A stretch of DNA of 64,000 bases, from assembly GCA_964016885.1 (NCBI GenBank), contig OZ024741.1:138012001-138076000 (forward strand), read 5' to 3'. A program made the translations under genes and the position numbers. The notes beneath the pieces are model-generated. The model had not been told where the DNA came from, made no database searches, and saw nothing but the letters and a program-made list of their open reading frames with translations. The stretch is from Eledone cirrhosa (taxonomy: Eukaryota). Positions within the stretch are counted from its first letter, which is position 1; each line of letters starts with the position of its first letter. Positions 1 to 15,328 of this stretch are shown piece by piece.

Positions 1-989
1 TTTGTTGTTTTTTTAAATTGTTATTATCATGAGTGGTTCCTTAATGTGAGCATTGCGTGGCTTAAGAATGAAATTATTAATAATTGTCTCCACTCCAGGC
101 ACAAGGCCAGCAATTACCCAGTGCATTACAATAATATAATATACTTTTTGCTGAAGTTGCCTGTTATTGTTGTTGGTGCTGGGCATTTTTATATTGTTGC
201 TGGGGAAGGGGGGAGCCAGCAGTGCCATAGTTGTTGACGTTTGGCCGGTGGCCGGGTCACTAAGTCAATCTATTTATATCTTTTGCTAGCCTCTCCCTTG
301 TCTAGTGATACCTCCACCTTCCCTTTTCTTAAGTTAACAGAAGGTAATGGGGAATAGTGGCGGTAGCAATGAAGGAGTGGTGGCGGCGGTGATGGGATAG
401 TGGTATCAATGATGGATGGAGTGGTGGCGGGGTGGCGTTGTCGTTACTGAGTTTTGTTGAATAGACTGTCGTTTTGTTTGATCTGTAGTATCTATGCGTT
501 TGTGTCGCGTATGTTTAATATATGTGTTGACATATTCGCTTAATATTGGAATTAAACATTTTGTGAAAACTTGTGACAATAATAATAGTAATTATTATTA
601 TGATGCTGGGATTGGTGGTGGTGGTGAAATTGCCGTTATCTGGCTGTTGCATTTAGTGTACACAGTGGGGTGATGGGTAGGTGGTGTATCTAGTTTCTGG
701 TGTTGGTGAAATTGCTGTTATTTGGCTGTTCTATATAGTGTAGGCAGAGGGGGTTTTCTTCCATTTATAACCATTTTCTTTTTTGAATATAAAATGTATA
801 ATACAAAATTGAATATTTGAGCGATATAACAATATATTATGGATCCGAATTTGTATGAGACTTGATTCGGTGCTTTATGCATCATTTGTATTAAGAATTG
901 TTATTTCACAATTGATTTAAATATGTTAAAAATCAAAAAGGTATGGGACCGATTTCATGACCTTCTACCACCACGTGTGTCTTCTCCCT

Positions 990-997
990 TATTATTA

Positions 998-1072
<75 letters not shown>
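990..1072. repeat. (TTA)n microsatellite, 3' flank/target of the Dong-like LINE
   Basis: Direct tandem TTA run; explains the poly-L and poly-Y ORFs. Confidence 0.98.
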
Positions 1073-4728
<3,656 letters not shown>

Positions 4729-4738
4729 AACCAGTAAG

Positions 4739-4832
4739 ACCCCGACAGCTGAGCTCAAGCCGTTTCGACGGCTAATTCTGGACTAAATGAAAATTTATCC
4801 TGGTATTTAAATAGCCGATCTTCTCAAGGGGT
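4739..4832 (-). ncRNA. Type I hammerhead ribozyme, U3-A8 core variant (family H1)
   Basis: Reverse complement of the motif at 9296-9389. Confidence 0.75.
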
Positions 4833-5934
4833 AATTCCATATATGGTCAAAGTGATTGTCAAAAATCAGTAGTAATTCTGTGGTTGCAAATTAGTAGGGG
4901 AGATGGTGGCTAAACCTGCCAGTAGGAGAAAGAGGGGAGGGGTGGAGTAGACCCAATCAAGCGTTGGTAGTGCCAGCTACAGCTGGGCATGAGGTCAAAG
5001 AAGATACAGGGGAGGGGGAGGGGGAGGAAGTCGGAACGGTAGGTAGAACAATGGGGGGTAGAAATAGGAAAGAAAAAAAATACTGAGAGTGAAGAAAAGC
5101 AAATAAGTGTAAAGAAAAAAGTAAAGTAAATTAAATACTACGACCTAGGTCTCAGGCTATTGTTAGGCAGAATAAAATAAAGAAAGAAAGAAAGAAGTAA
5201 GGAAATAAATAAATAAGGAAATAACGAAATAAGTAAAGGAACTAGGTGGGACGGATAGGCAAGGACCCTTTTAAGATGTATAAGTACGTAAATGATACGG
5301 TGACGGGTCAACAAAAGGGGCCAAAATACTAAAGAGACTACCACGAAATAAACAATAAAGGTTTCCATCCCGGGCCAGCAACGACCCAGTGCAGCAAAGT
5401 GAACTTATACGAGATAATAATTCTGAGTCCCGAGAAAAATATATACTAATGCTAACTCTAAAAGATCTAAAACAAGCTACATGAAAGTTCGTACGAAATA
5501 AAGGTAGAATACGGAGAAATAAATTCAGAATCCACCCCGCCCAGAAGAAAAGCGAAGCAAGAAATACTGAAACGAAAAAATAAGGCATAAGTGCCACTAA
5601 GAAATATAGAGGGCACACAGAATAGTGGGAGCGGTCGGAAAAAGGGGGCAAGTATCCGGGGTCTAAGCCAACTGCTATAAAGGGCGGAGTCCGCCAAATC
5701 TATCATAGACTAGGGGAGGGGGTGGTGGGGGTACTAAGGCTACATGGGGCCAAAGGGCAGCCTCGGGTGGGCGAGAAAAGACGCCGACAAAGGAGAAGAG
5801 CTGGGGTAGAAGGACTAAGGAGAGAGGGGGAAAGGAAATAAAGGAAGCGATAAAAGAATACAAAGAAGATCTTACGTCTTCCTTGGCAAGCAGGGGTTAC
5901 CCATTGCAAAATCGGCAAGTGGGGTGTTATAGCC

Positions 5935-6858
5935 CTAGTCTACCCCCCCCCCCGGGTCATTATGGGGTTTGAGGGCGAGGTAAGTCCTACGCAATCTATG
6001 TTTACATGCAGTGACCAGTTCATCTTTCTTGTTTAGGAGTTGGTCCGTCGAAAACAGCATTTGTAAAGTTTCCTCCGAGCATAAATTGCACGGACGGCGT
6101 CCTCCCGTGTAAGAATTGGCTCTGGACAGTAATCTCCAAGTGAGATCATAGGTGATGTTGTTGTCCTTGAGGTCCCATATGTGGCCCGAAAGTGTAGTGG
6201 CGTGACGCCGGGCCGGGTTTCGGAAGGTATGTCTATTTTGGTATAGCCGGGTCTTGAAGTCACATGCGGTAAGTCCTATATAGGCTTTGTTGGAGGTATC
6301 CGTCCTCACGTTGCACTGGTAGATCACATTACGGTCTCTGCATCTATTGTTGAGTGGGCAAATAGATCTATCCGGGCAGTTACACCTCCTGGTCGGTTCT
6401 CCACTGCTATTTAGGTTATTTCTGCCATCGGGGTTGAGTTTTTTGTTGTTAGAGACGATGTTTTGTGCGAAGTTTGGTGTAGTGCTGTAAGAGAGTTTGA
6501 TGGTATTTTTGTTAATTATGTTGTGGTAGCGGTGTTGTAATGGGAAGTGTTTTTCAATGAGCCTAAAGAATAGTTTCCCGATGGGAGTTGTCACCTCTGC
6601 GTTGTGGGGAGGATTGAACCATGTTACATTGCGTGAGCGGCGGTGTCTCCTGCTGGTTCCGCTAATGGGAGCTGGACAGTAGGATATTTCCTCCCGGAAA
6701 CCACTCCGCTTGAGGGCCTGGTTGTAATAAGGCGCATGTTCATCGAATATCCGCTCATTAGCTGACAAACGGGATATGCGGAGGGAGATGTTTTTGACCA
6801 GGTTGTTTGTGATGTTCCTAGGATGGTTTGATCGGCGGATTGTAGGGCAGATTGTCAT
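5935..6858 (-). CDS. PLE RT thumb/linker + GIY-YIG endonuclease (left arm)
   Basis: SNHP, WFNPP, CNC..CPL..C, NVIYQC..AYIGLT..FKTR, CNLCSEE, CKH. Confidence 0.85.
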   Translation of the reverse strand: MTICPTIRRSNHPRNITNNLVKNISLRISRLSANERIFDEHAPYYNQALKRSGFREEISYCPAPISGTSRRHRRSRNVTWFNPPHNAEVTTPIGKLFFRLIEKHFPLQHRYHNIINKNTIKLSYSTTPNFAQNIVSNNKKLNPDGRNNLNSSGEPTRRCNCPDRSICPLNNRCRDRNVIYQCNVRTDTSNKAYIGLTACDFKTRLYQNRHTFRNPARRHATTLSGHIWDLKDNNITYDLTWRLLSRANSYTGGRRPCNLCSEETLQMLFSTDQLLNKKDELVTACKHRLRRTYLALKPHNDPGGGVD

Positions 6859-7294
6859 TAGGTTTCCTGTATGGGTAGTACAGGTCGTTTTCGAGGTCGA
6901 GGGTCACGTCCAGGAAGTTTACTCGGGTCAGGGACGTTTGTAGGGTTATTTTAAATCCCCAGTCGCGGAAGAATCTGATTAATTGTTTCCGGACCCGATC
7001 TGTACTACTGGGGTTGTACCCTTTAAGGGTAAGGAGCCCATCATCACGGTACAATCCACCACCGAAAGCAGGAAACATATCAGTGAGTTTGGCTATTAGG
7101 AATAATCCTATAAGATCTGTGACCTCCGCCGAATCCGTGGCGCCCATGCTGACGTCGAAGGGTGAGTCGGGAGCTCTTTTTATCCATTTAGAGTCGTCAA
7201 AGAGTAAGACTGTCTTCCTGGCGTGGAGGATGATTTTTATTTCCTGGTCGGTGATGGGCGCAAGTGTTTCGGCACTACATCCACCGCCGATCAA
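6818..7294 (-). CDS. PLE reverse transcriptase fragment (5'-truncated)
   Basis: FDVSMGATDSAEVTDLIG, GLYRDDGLL, VNFLDVTLDL, YYPYRKPN. Confidence 0.85.
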   Translation of the reverse strand: MIGGGCSAETLAPITDQEIKIILHARKTVLLFDDSKWIKRAPDSPFDVSMGATDSAEVTDLIGLFLIAKLTDMFPAFGGGLYRDDGLLTLKGYNPSSTDRVRKQLIRFFRDWGFKITLQTSLTRVNFLDVTLDLENDLYYPYRKPNDNLPYNPPIKPS

Positions 7295-8193
7295 ACCATC
7301 CTAGGAACATCACAAACAACCTGGTCAAAAACATCCCCCTCCGCATATCCCGTTTGTCAGCTAATGAGCGGATATTCGATGAACATGCGCCTTATTACAA
7401 CCAGGCCCTCAAGCGGAGTGGTTTCCGGGAGGAAATATCCTACTGTCCAGCTCCCATTAGCGGAACCAGCAGGAGACACCGCCGCTCACGCAATGTAACA
7501 TGGTTCAATCCTCCCCACAACGCAGAGGTGACAACTCCCATCGGGAAACTATTCTTTAGGCTCATTGAAAAACACTTCCCATTACAACACCGCTACCACA
7601 ACATAATTAACAAAAATACCATCAAACTCTCTTACAGCACTACACCAAACTTCGCACAAAACATCGTCTCCTCTAACAACAAAAAACTCAACCCCGATGG
7701 CAGAAATAACCTAAATAGCAGTGGAGAACCGACCAGGAGGTGTAACTGCCCGGATAGATCTATTTGCCCACTCGACAATAGATGCAGAGACCGTAATGTG
7801 ATCTACCAGTGCAACGTGAGGACGGATACCTCCAACAAAGCCTATATAGGACTTACCGCATGTGACTTCAAGACCCGGCTATACCAACATAGACATACCT
7901 TCCGAAACCCGGCCCGGCGTCACGCCACTACACTTTCGGGCCACATATGGGACCTCAAGGACAACAACATCACCTATGATCTCACTTGGAGATTACTGTC
8001 CAGAGCCAATTCTTACACGGGAGGACGCCGTCCGTGCAATTTATGCTCGGAGGAAACTTTACAAATGCTGTTTTCGACGGACCAACTCCTAAACAAGAAA
8101 GATGAACTGGTCACTGCATGTAAACATAGATTGCGTAGGACTTACCTCGCCCTCAAACCCCATAATGACCCGGGGGGGGGGGGGGTAGACTAG
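7264..8193 (+). CDS. PLE RT thumb/linker + GIY-YIG endonuclease (right arm)
   Basis: YIHRRSNHP... near-identical to the left-arm ORF; GIY-YIG motifs intact. Confidence 0.85.
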   Translation: MFRHYIHRRSNHPRNITNNLVKNIPLRISRLSANERIFDEHAPYYNQALKRSGFREEISYCPAPISGTSRRHRRSRNVTWFNPPHNAEVTTPIGKLFFRLIEKHFPLQHRYHNIINKNTIKLSYSTTPNFAQNIVSSNNKKLNPDGRNNLNSSGEPTRRCNCPDRSICPLDNRCRDRNVIYQCNVRTDTSNKAYIGLTACDFKTRLYQHRHTFRNPARRHATTLSGHIWDLKDNNITYDLTWRLLSRANSYTGGRRPCNLCSEETLQMLFSTDQLLNKKDELVTACKHRLRRTYLALKPHNDPGGGGVD

Positions 8194-9295
8194 GGCTATA
8201 ACACCCCACTTGCCGATTTTGCAATGGGTAACCCCTGCTTGCCAAGGAAGACGTAAGATCTTCTTTGTATTCTTTTATCGCTTCCTTTATTTCCTTCCCC
8301 CCTCTCTCCTTAGTCCTTCTACCCCAGCTCTTCTCCTTTGTCGGCGTCTTTTCTCGCCCACCCGAGGCTGCCCTTTGGCCCCATGTAGCCTTAGTACCCC
8401 CACCACCCCCTCCCCTAGTCTATGATAGATTTGGCGGACTCCGCCCTTTATAGCAGTTGGCTTAGACCCCGGATACTTGCCCCCTTTTTCCGACCGCTCC
8501 CACTATTCTGTGTGCCCTCTATATTTCTTAGTGGCACTTATGCCTTATTTTTTCGTTTCAGTATTTCTTGCTTCGCTTTTCTTCTGGGCGGGGTGGATTC
8601 TGAATTTATTTCTCCGTATTCTACCTTTATTTCGTACGAACTTTCATGTAGCTTGTTTTAGATCTTTTAGAGTTAGCATTAGTATATATTTTTCTCGGGA
8701 CTCAGAATTATTATCTCGTACAAGTTCACTTTGCTGCACTGGGTCGTTGCTGGCCCGGGATGGAAACCTTTATTGTTTATTTCGTGGTAGTCTCTTTAGT
8801 ATTTTGGCCCCTTTTGTTGACCCGTCACCGTATCATTTACGTACTTATACCTCTTAAAAGGGTCCTTGCCTATCCGTCCCACCTAGTTCTTTTACTTATT
8901 TCGTTATTTCCTTATTTATTTATTTCCTTACTTCTTTCTTTCTTTCTTTATTTTATTCTGCCTAACAATAGCCTGAGACCTAGGTCGTAGTATTTAATTT
9001 ACTTTACTTTTTTCTTTACACTTATTTGCTTTTCTTCACTCTCAGTATTTTTTTTCTTTCCTATTTCTACCCCCCATTGTTCTACCTACCGTTCCGACTT
9101 CCTCCCCCTCCCCCTCCCTTGTATCTTCTTTGACCTCATGCCCAGCTGTAGCTGGCACTACCAACGCTTGATTGGGTCTACTCCACCCCTCCCCTCTTTC
9201 TCCTACTGGCAGGTTTAGCCACCATCTCCCCTACTAATTTGCAACCACAGAATTACTACTGATTTTTGACAATCACTTTGACCATATATGGAATT

Positions 9296-9389
9296 ACCCC
9301 TTGAGAAGATCGGCTATTTAAATACCAGGATAAATTTTCATTTAGTCCAGAATTAGCCGTCGAAACGGCTTGAGCTCAGCTGTCGGGGT
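9296..9389 (+). ncRNA. Type I hammerhead ribozyme, U3-A8 core variant (family H1)
   Basis: ACCCC-TTGAGAA-GAtCGGCTA..TAGCCGTC-GAAA-CGGC ttgagctca GCTG-TC-GGGGT. Stems I, II and III all pair; predicted cleavage after 9384. Confidence 0.78.
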
Positions 9390-9685
9390 CTTACTGGTTC
9401 CTATTACCCACTCTACTACCTCAAGTATTGAGTACTTTGGTGCGTTATGGTCCACCTGGTTCCTTACCACATTTCCTTCGTTATATATATATATATATAT
9501 ATTCGCTCCAATTGCTACTCAGCAATATATTACTAATTATTTTCATCTTGATTTGTTGATATTTTTATCGAATCAGATATTTCTGGTTGCAGGGTGGTTC
9601 TTTCTTTAAAATGTATTCGATCTATATGCAGGCCATGTTTGTTTCTTGGATAGTCTCATTTAGCACTGTATTATAATTTAACACG

Positions 9686-9867
9686 ATTGACAGTATCGGT
9701 AAAGAGTCGCGACGCCATTCTTTCCAGCATAGAGTTACGCCCCTTTATCGTTTGAGTTCAAATCCCGCCAAGGTTAATAACTCTGCTTTCATCCTTACGG
9801 AGTCGATAAAATAAAGTACCAATAATGCACTGAGATAATTATTGGCCTTGTGCCAATAGTAGAAACA
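9686..9867 (+). mobile_element. tRNA-derived SINE (family S1) with ~17-bp TSD
   Basis: A-box-like TGACAGTATCGG, B-box GTTCAAATCC, core CTTTCATCCTTACGGAGTCGATAAAATAAAGTACC. TSD ATTATAATTyAACACGA at 9670 and 9868. Confidence 0.88.
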
Positions 9868-10049
9868 ATTATAATTCAACACGATAGATTGTGATGTGCC
9901 TATGATTTGCCTGAAACTTAGAGACAGATACAGCTGTTGTAATGGTTTCTAATGTAGGCACAAGGCCAACAAGGGTGAAAGGCAAAGCTAACCACGGTAG
10001 GATTTACGGCGGGATTTACTGCCTATTCACGACACCTGTATAATGTTAC

Positions 10050-10340
10050 ATGTTCTTGTGCCTCCGTTTCAAAGGAAGTGCTTACTCATAAACTTACGGT
10101 TAAGTTCCTGACTATTCCACTCACACGTGTAACCCTAACATATTTCCCAAGATGAGTTAACCTTTCATAATGTGTGACAAGGCAGGACTTTAAAAGTACA
10201 GGCACTAGGCATTCTCTATTGTTGAGTGGGTTAGTGCAACGTTAAATAATGTCTTGTTAAAGGACTAAACCTGCCGATCTGAATCAAACCCACGACCATA
10301 CAATAGAGAGTAGAACGCCATAATTATTATGACACACACC
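10050..10340 (-). mobile_element. Old degenerate tRNA-derived SINE (second family)
   Basis: Minus strand reads ..GGTCGTGGGTTTGATTC.. (B-box-like) followed by GTCCTTTAACAAGACATT (CORE-like); heavily decayed, boundaries approximate. Confidence 0.4.
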
Positions 10341-10640
10341 TCCAGTGTTGTGTTATACCAAGCTGCTGATATGATGGCATATCTATTTATCTCAGCTTTA
10401 TTCCTTCTCCATCGTATCGGTGGGGAAACGTATATTCTATCTCATGTTCCGAAGTATATTTATCTATGACTACGTTACGTAATTTTTCCTATCATTTGTG
10501 AGAGAGTGGTAAGTAATTTTAGAGGGAAGTGGCGGAGATATATTTTTAACCAATATCCTCGTTATCTATAACATAACTGATTTTAATTTGTGATACGAAT
10601 GTTTGATTATAATCACATAATCCATAAAAAGATGGTTGCA

Positions 10641-10757
10641 TTCTTCTTCTTCTTCTTCTTCTTCTTCTTCTTCTTCTTCTTCTTCTTCTTCTTCTTCTTC
10701 TTCTTCTTCTTCTTCTTCTTCTTCTTCTTCTTCTTCTTCTTCTTCTTCTTCTTCTTC
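10641..10757. repeat. (TTC)n microsatellite
   Basis: Pure TTC run; source of the poly-R/F/K ORFs. Confidence 0.98.
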
Positions 10758-11163
10758 TCATTAATACATTTATCAAATTTATGAACCCTCATCATTGAAC
10801 TTCCTTCATGTTACTTTACGCCTCTCTTTTTGTCACTGTCTATTTATTTCATTCAATGTCCTCTTCTTTAAAAATAACTCACACACCTATAATATTTCAC
10901 ACACTAATGCGAAATAGCTATGCGAAAATTCTCCCTCCCTCCCTCTGTAACTTACATACCTGTATGCGCACACACATTGGCTCCTTAATACATTTTACTT
11001 GATGCCATCCATTTGTATTGATTATTTCCGGAGATATTTCCACGACCGAAATATCTTTCCTCTTTATTAGAATTCACAAGTACTCCCTATGGGCTACACC
11101 TTACTTACAGCAAAGAACGTCTTATAAACATTCGCTTGACAGAAGGCAAATAGAAATACGAGC

Positions 11164-11256
<93 letters not shown>

Positions 11257-11457
11257 GGGGTTGGGGGTTGGGGGCTGTGTATAGAGTTGCAGAAGATATG
11301 GTGGAAATACGTGGTTGTTACGTTGTAACTTCTTGAGGATAAGCATTTCAAGTCAGTAGTTTATGCCAGCTAAAATTTGGTGATTAGGACTGACGGAGTG
11401 TTCATTTATCAAATTAAAAGGAGTTTAAATGGGGTTACTTCACCATAATTGCTTTAT

Positions 11458-11510
11458 TGCATGATATATATTTCTGTTACGTAGTTATGCATGTGACTTC
11501 ATCAGAAGCA
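11458..11510 (-). ncRNA. Type I hammerhead ribozyme (family H2)
   Basis: TGCTT-CTGATGA-agtcacat..acgtaaca-GAAA-TATATA-TC-ATGCA; palindromic stem III. Confidence 0.65.
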
Positions 11511-11593
11511 CATACAATCATGTGTCTGCTGGCATTACATCTGGATGAGCAGTGACATATCAACATGATTGCATAACTACACATAATTGTATG

Positions 11594-11646
11594 GGAATCT
11601 GATGAAGTCACATGCATAACTATGTAATAGAAATATATATCATGCA
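11594..11646 (+). ncRNA. Type I hammerhead ribozyme (family H2)
   Basis: GGAAT-CTGATGA-agtcacat..atgtaata-GAAA-TATATA-TC-ATGCA. Confidence 0.6.
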
Positions 11647-11690
11647 AAAAAAAGCAATCATGGTGAAGGAATTCCGTCTTAACTACTCTT

Positions 11691-11728
<38 letters not shown>

Positions 11729-11975
11729 ATTATATATATATTATATATATATATTATATATATATATATATATATATTAAGAGTAATGAATTCTTTTACA
11801 ATGAAATTAGCTCAAAGAAAGAAATATTTCTGAGCCGTGTAAAACATTTAAATATAAATTAATATATATGATGAAACACAAATACCAACATATCTGTATT
11901 TATATTGCAAAAGAGGATTTAGCTAGAATGTTTGTCTTTGTTGATTTATTATTTTAAATCGATATGGACAGACTG

Positions 11976-12007
<32 letters not shown>

Positions 12008-12028
12008 ATAATAATAATGATAATAATG

Positions 12029-15000
12029 GCTTCTTTATTGGCCACAAGGGCTAACACGAAGAAAAACATTAGAGACGGCACAGAACAGTACAGGACGATA
12101 CAAAGTGGGTTTTGGTCGTGTAAATAGGTTATAACAAAATTGGGCTAGAAATAAAAAAAAAATTCAAACAACAAAAATTCCCCCAAACGGGGGAAACCTC
12201 CGAGTGTCACTCGTGGCGAAAACCACACAAAAAGGCCACGGCCACCCTGACCACCAGGGTAAGCGCCCTCTCTCGGTTTTCCCACTTCTCATTCTACAGG
12301 CGCATACCAAGAGCGGGCCCGTTCAATCGGACCAGACTCGCCACTTCCACCCACCTTTCAACAAACTTACTATTACAGCACTTGCCTCTCCACCCTGATT
12401 TTCCTCTTCAAGTGAAACTTGAAAAATTTAAGTTAATCAGAGATTGACCGAAGAGCAAAATGTCCGTCTTCAACTCTTTCAACCTTGTCCACCACACAAT
12501 CTCTTTCGCCATGGCCACCAGGCAGATGAAAACTGTCTGCCCTTCCTCCTCTTTAAAGGAGGATGGCGGGGCTATCTGCACAATGGACTCAGTCGATAAC
12601 CGGCTCCGTCCTATACGCGACAGCAGCTGTTCGACATAGCTCCACAAGTCAGCAAACTTCGGGCAGTGAGCGATTGCGTGCAGGACGGTTTCGTCATCCT
12701 GCGCGCTTCTCGGACAGGCTCGGCTGACAACACCTCCGTGCCTGTAGAGCTTATTCCGAACCGGCAACGTTCCCCGGTAGCACTTCCAAGCCAGGGATTT
12801 TTGGAAGTTGTCCATAGGCCCCGGGCTGAAAGTTCTCTTGAAGAGAGCGAACAGCTGATCGTCTTCGACGCCAAGTGTCTCCCCGAGAACGTCGTCGCTC
12901 CTTCCTTCCACTAGCCATCTATAGAACGCTGAGGTGGATGTTCCACCGATACTAGTGCCCAACTGGTAGAGGGCCGTGAGCGCTTGGAGACATTCCAGCT
13001 CCCAAGCGTTATCCCTCAGTCTTTTCCTGATCCAGGGTGCAGCTCCCTCAAGGAGACGCGCTGGGAAAAATCGCGTCTGGTAAACGGCGTCCACACCTGT
13101 TCACCGTCAAGGAAGCACCAGTGATGTCGCAGCCTTAGTACATGTTTGCGCATCATCAGCCACGGCATGCCCAGTCCTCCACGCAACGGGTGCTGACAGC
13201 AGATGGATCGTCTAACCATGGGAGCACGTCCATTCCACAAAAGGCGGAAGAGAAGGCGATCTATTTTGGTCAGAGTTGGCCGGCGGCAAGGTACGACGGT
13301 CAGGCGGTAGTAGATGACGGACGCAATTTACGCATTCACCACCTCCGCCCGATCTTTCAGAGATAGCCTCCTCTCGGCCCATTTCTTGGTGAGAAAGGCC
13401 ACCCTGCTCGTCACCTCGCTCCAGATTTTCTCCATCTGGAGGTTCGGACCGAACCAGACACCGAGCAATTTAGAAGGTCCTTCCGTCCAGCAACCCACGA
13501 CGCTGTCGGACGGCATGGACTTGCCTCTCCAGTTGCCGAGTTGCAAACCCAACGACTTTTCCTGGTTTATCTTTGCCCCCATCACCGCTTTGTATTACTT
13601 GAGAGCGTTTCCGACACCACCAGGGTGACGGCGCCGGCGTCTCCCGCATCCTAGTTCGCGTGGGACGCCCCTCATCGTCTCCAATTTGTTGTTGCTGTTG
13701 GTGGTGGTGGTGGTAGTGGAGCGTGGTCTGCCGTTCTTGGCACAGGTGCAGGTAGTGTAGCTGTTTCTGTTGCTGCAGTTGCCGGCGCTGTTTTTGTTGT
13801 CCGTGGCTGTGGCGTAGGTGCCACGAACGTTATCCTTATACTTTCTGTAGAAGCTGCCGACTTTTTCGCTGACTGCTCTGTTTCTGATGGCAGCGGTTCC
13901 GGCGTTGGAGGGAGGAGGACCTTCGTCTTTGTTATTTTCTGTGGGCAGAAGGCCCTGAGGTGAGACTTCGATCCACAGGTGAAGCACTTTAGGCGCCTTC
14001 CTTCCACAGATATGGAACGTTGGGAGCCATTCACGAGGTCTATTCTGTCGGGAATAACTCTGATGCAGTCCTGGACGATTTGGATGAGCATCTCCATTCC
14101 AATACCGGACCAGTCTTCTCTCCCCAACTTCTGTACCTGTAGAATGGTTGTTCTATCCTCGATGCCCGCAAGAACAGGCACGACCAGCCAAGCCACGGGT
14201 ACATAGGGCGGAACTTGGGTTACTCTGACCTTTGCAATTGTTTTCCCGCAGTAAAGCGAGACAAATGTTATGTCATCACTTCGTAGGGTCCTCAGTGAGT
14301 GCGAGTTTTCTTCCTGGGTGGTAGCAAAAAGGACGTCCATGGTAGCCTATTTCTTGCCTCGGATGATGTGGTTTTTCTGTGTCAACACATTTCCCAAGGC
14401 CTTCTGGAGTTGGGCCACCGAGGCTCTCTCCACACGACCCGATTTCGTGGCAATCGTGCGGTATGTCACACTGCGTCGCTCTTGTTCCTGCAGGAAGTCA
14501 CTTGGTGGTTTCAAGGACACGGAAAATTCAGTTCTGGTTAACATGTCTTGCGACCGGGATCTCCTCCCTTGTGACCAGGACTGTTTCTACGTTGCGAGCC
14601 ACCTTTGCAAAAGAGATGGTCCCTTTTCCAGTGGCATCATTGCTGCCGCCGCTACTGCTGCTACTGGTCTTGTTGTTGGTGCTGTTGCTGTTGCTACTGC
14701 TACAAATGATGTTGTTCGTGTTGTTGCTGTTATCACAGTTGCAGTTGGTTGTGTCTTTAGTGCCGCCGTTGCTGTTGTTCTTGGTGCAATTTGTATTGTT
14801 GCTGTTGGTGTTGTCGCTATTTGTTTTCATGTTAATGGTGTTGATATCGTTGTTGCATTTGTTGTCATTTTTTCTGTTGTCTGTATTTTGGTTGTCGCTG
14901 TTATTGTTGTGGTTAGTGTGATAATTTTTTTAAAAATTAGTGTTCTCAGTGTCGTTGTAATTGCTGTCTTTGTTCACGTTGTTTGTGGTGGTGTTTGTTG

Positions 15001-15291
15001 TATCAATTTCTGTGTTCACCGTAACACTTTTCTCAACTTTTACGTCGTTGTCACACGACAGCAGACATATCGCGTAGGGAGCGTGGCTCAGCTATGTTTT
15101 TTTCCGGTAATTTTTAAATGTAAAAAGCTCAAATATTGGGGCCAATAGGTCCAATTATTATACTTTCCATCACAAGGCAAAGTCCAAGTGCTTATATCCC
15201 TTACACAACAATAAAAATTTAACAACAAATAATTTATGACAGGTAAATAAAGAGACTTACGAGAGCGAGCAAAAAAACGTCCGATGACACC
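12029..15291 (-). mobile_element. L1/Tx1-clade LINE, internally deleted (ORF1 joined directly to the ORF2 C-terminal part)
   Basis: ORF1 with CFTCGSKSHLRAFC knuckle (13672-14340). At ~13680 the sequence jumps to LETMRGVPRELG, homologous to 16980 of the neighbouring element. KINQEKS, LLGVWFG, zf-RVT-like CPR..ETVLHAIAHC. (AAT)n on both sides. Confidence 0.85.

Positions 15292-15327
<36 letters not shown>

Positions 15328-15328
<1 letters not shown>

Larger units (their letters stand above)
11255..11690. mobile_element. Non-coding PLE-type inverted-repeat element between (TA)n tracts, carrying two HHRs
   Basis: Diverged inverted arms ~11416-11525 and ~11580-11690; HHR core in each arm. Confidence 0.65.

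Noticed and set aside
190-960. Possible 5' end/ORF1 relic of another minus-strand LINE
   Set aside because: Only compositional resemblance (Thr/Asn/Pro-rich, with stops); no diagnostic motif
8210-8990. Overlapping hydrophobic ORFs, duplicated at 5138-5918
   Set aside because: T-rich PLE 3'UTR; frames are not conserved in the related copy at 29165-30100
9686-9780. tRNA gene calls at SINE heads
   Set aside because: A/B boxes only, no cloverleaf; multi-copy with TSDs, so these are SINEs
14270-15148. 292-aa hydrophobic plus-strand ORF, and similar antisense ORFs over LINEs
   Set aside because: Antisense shadow of the Thr/Asn-rich Tx1 ORF1 region
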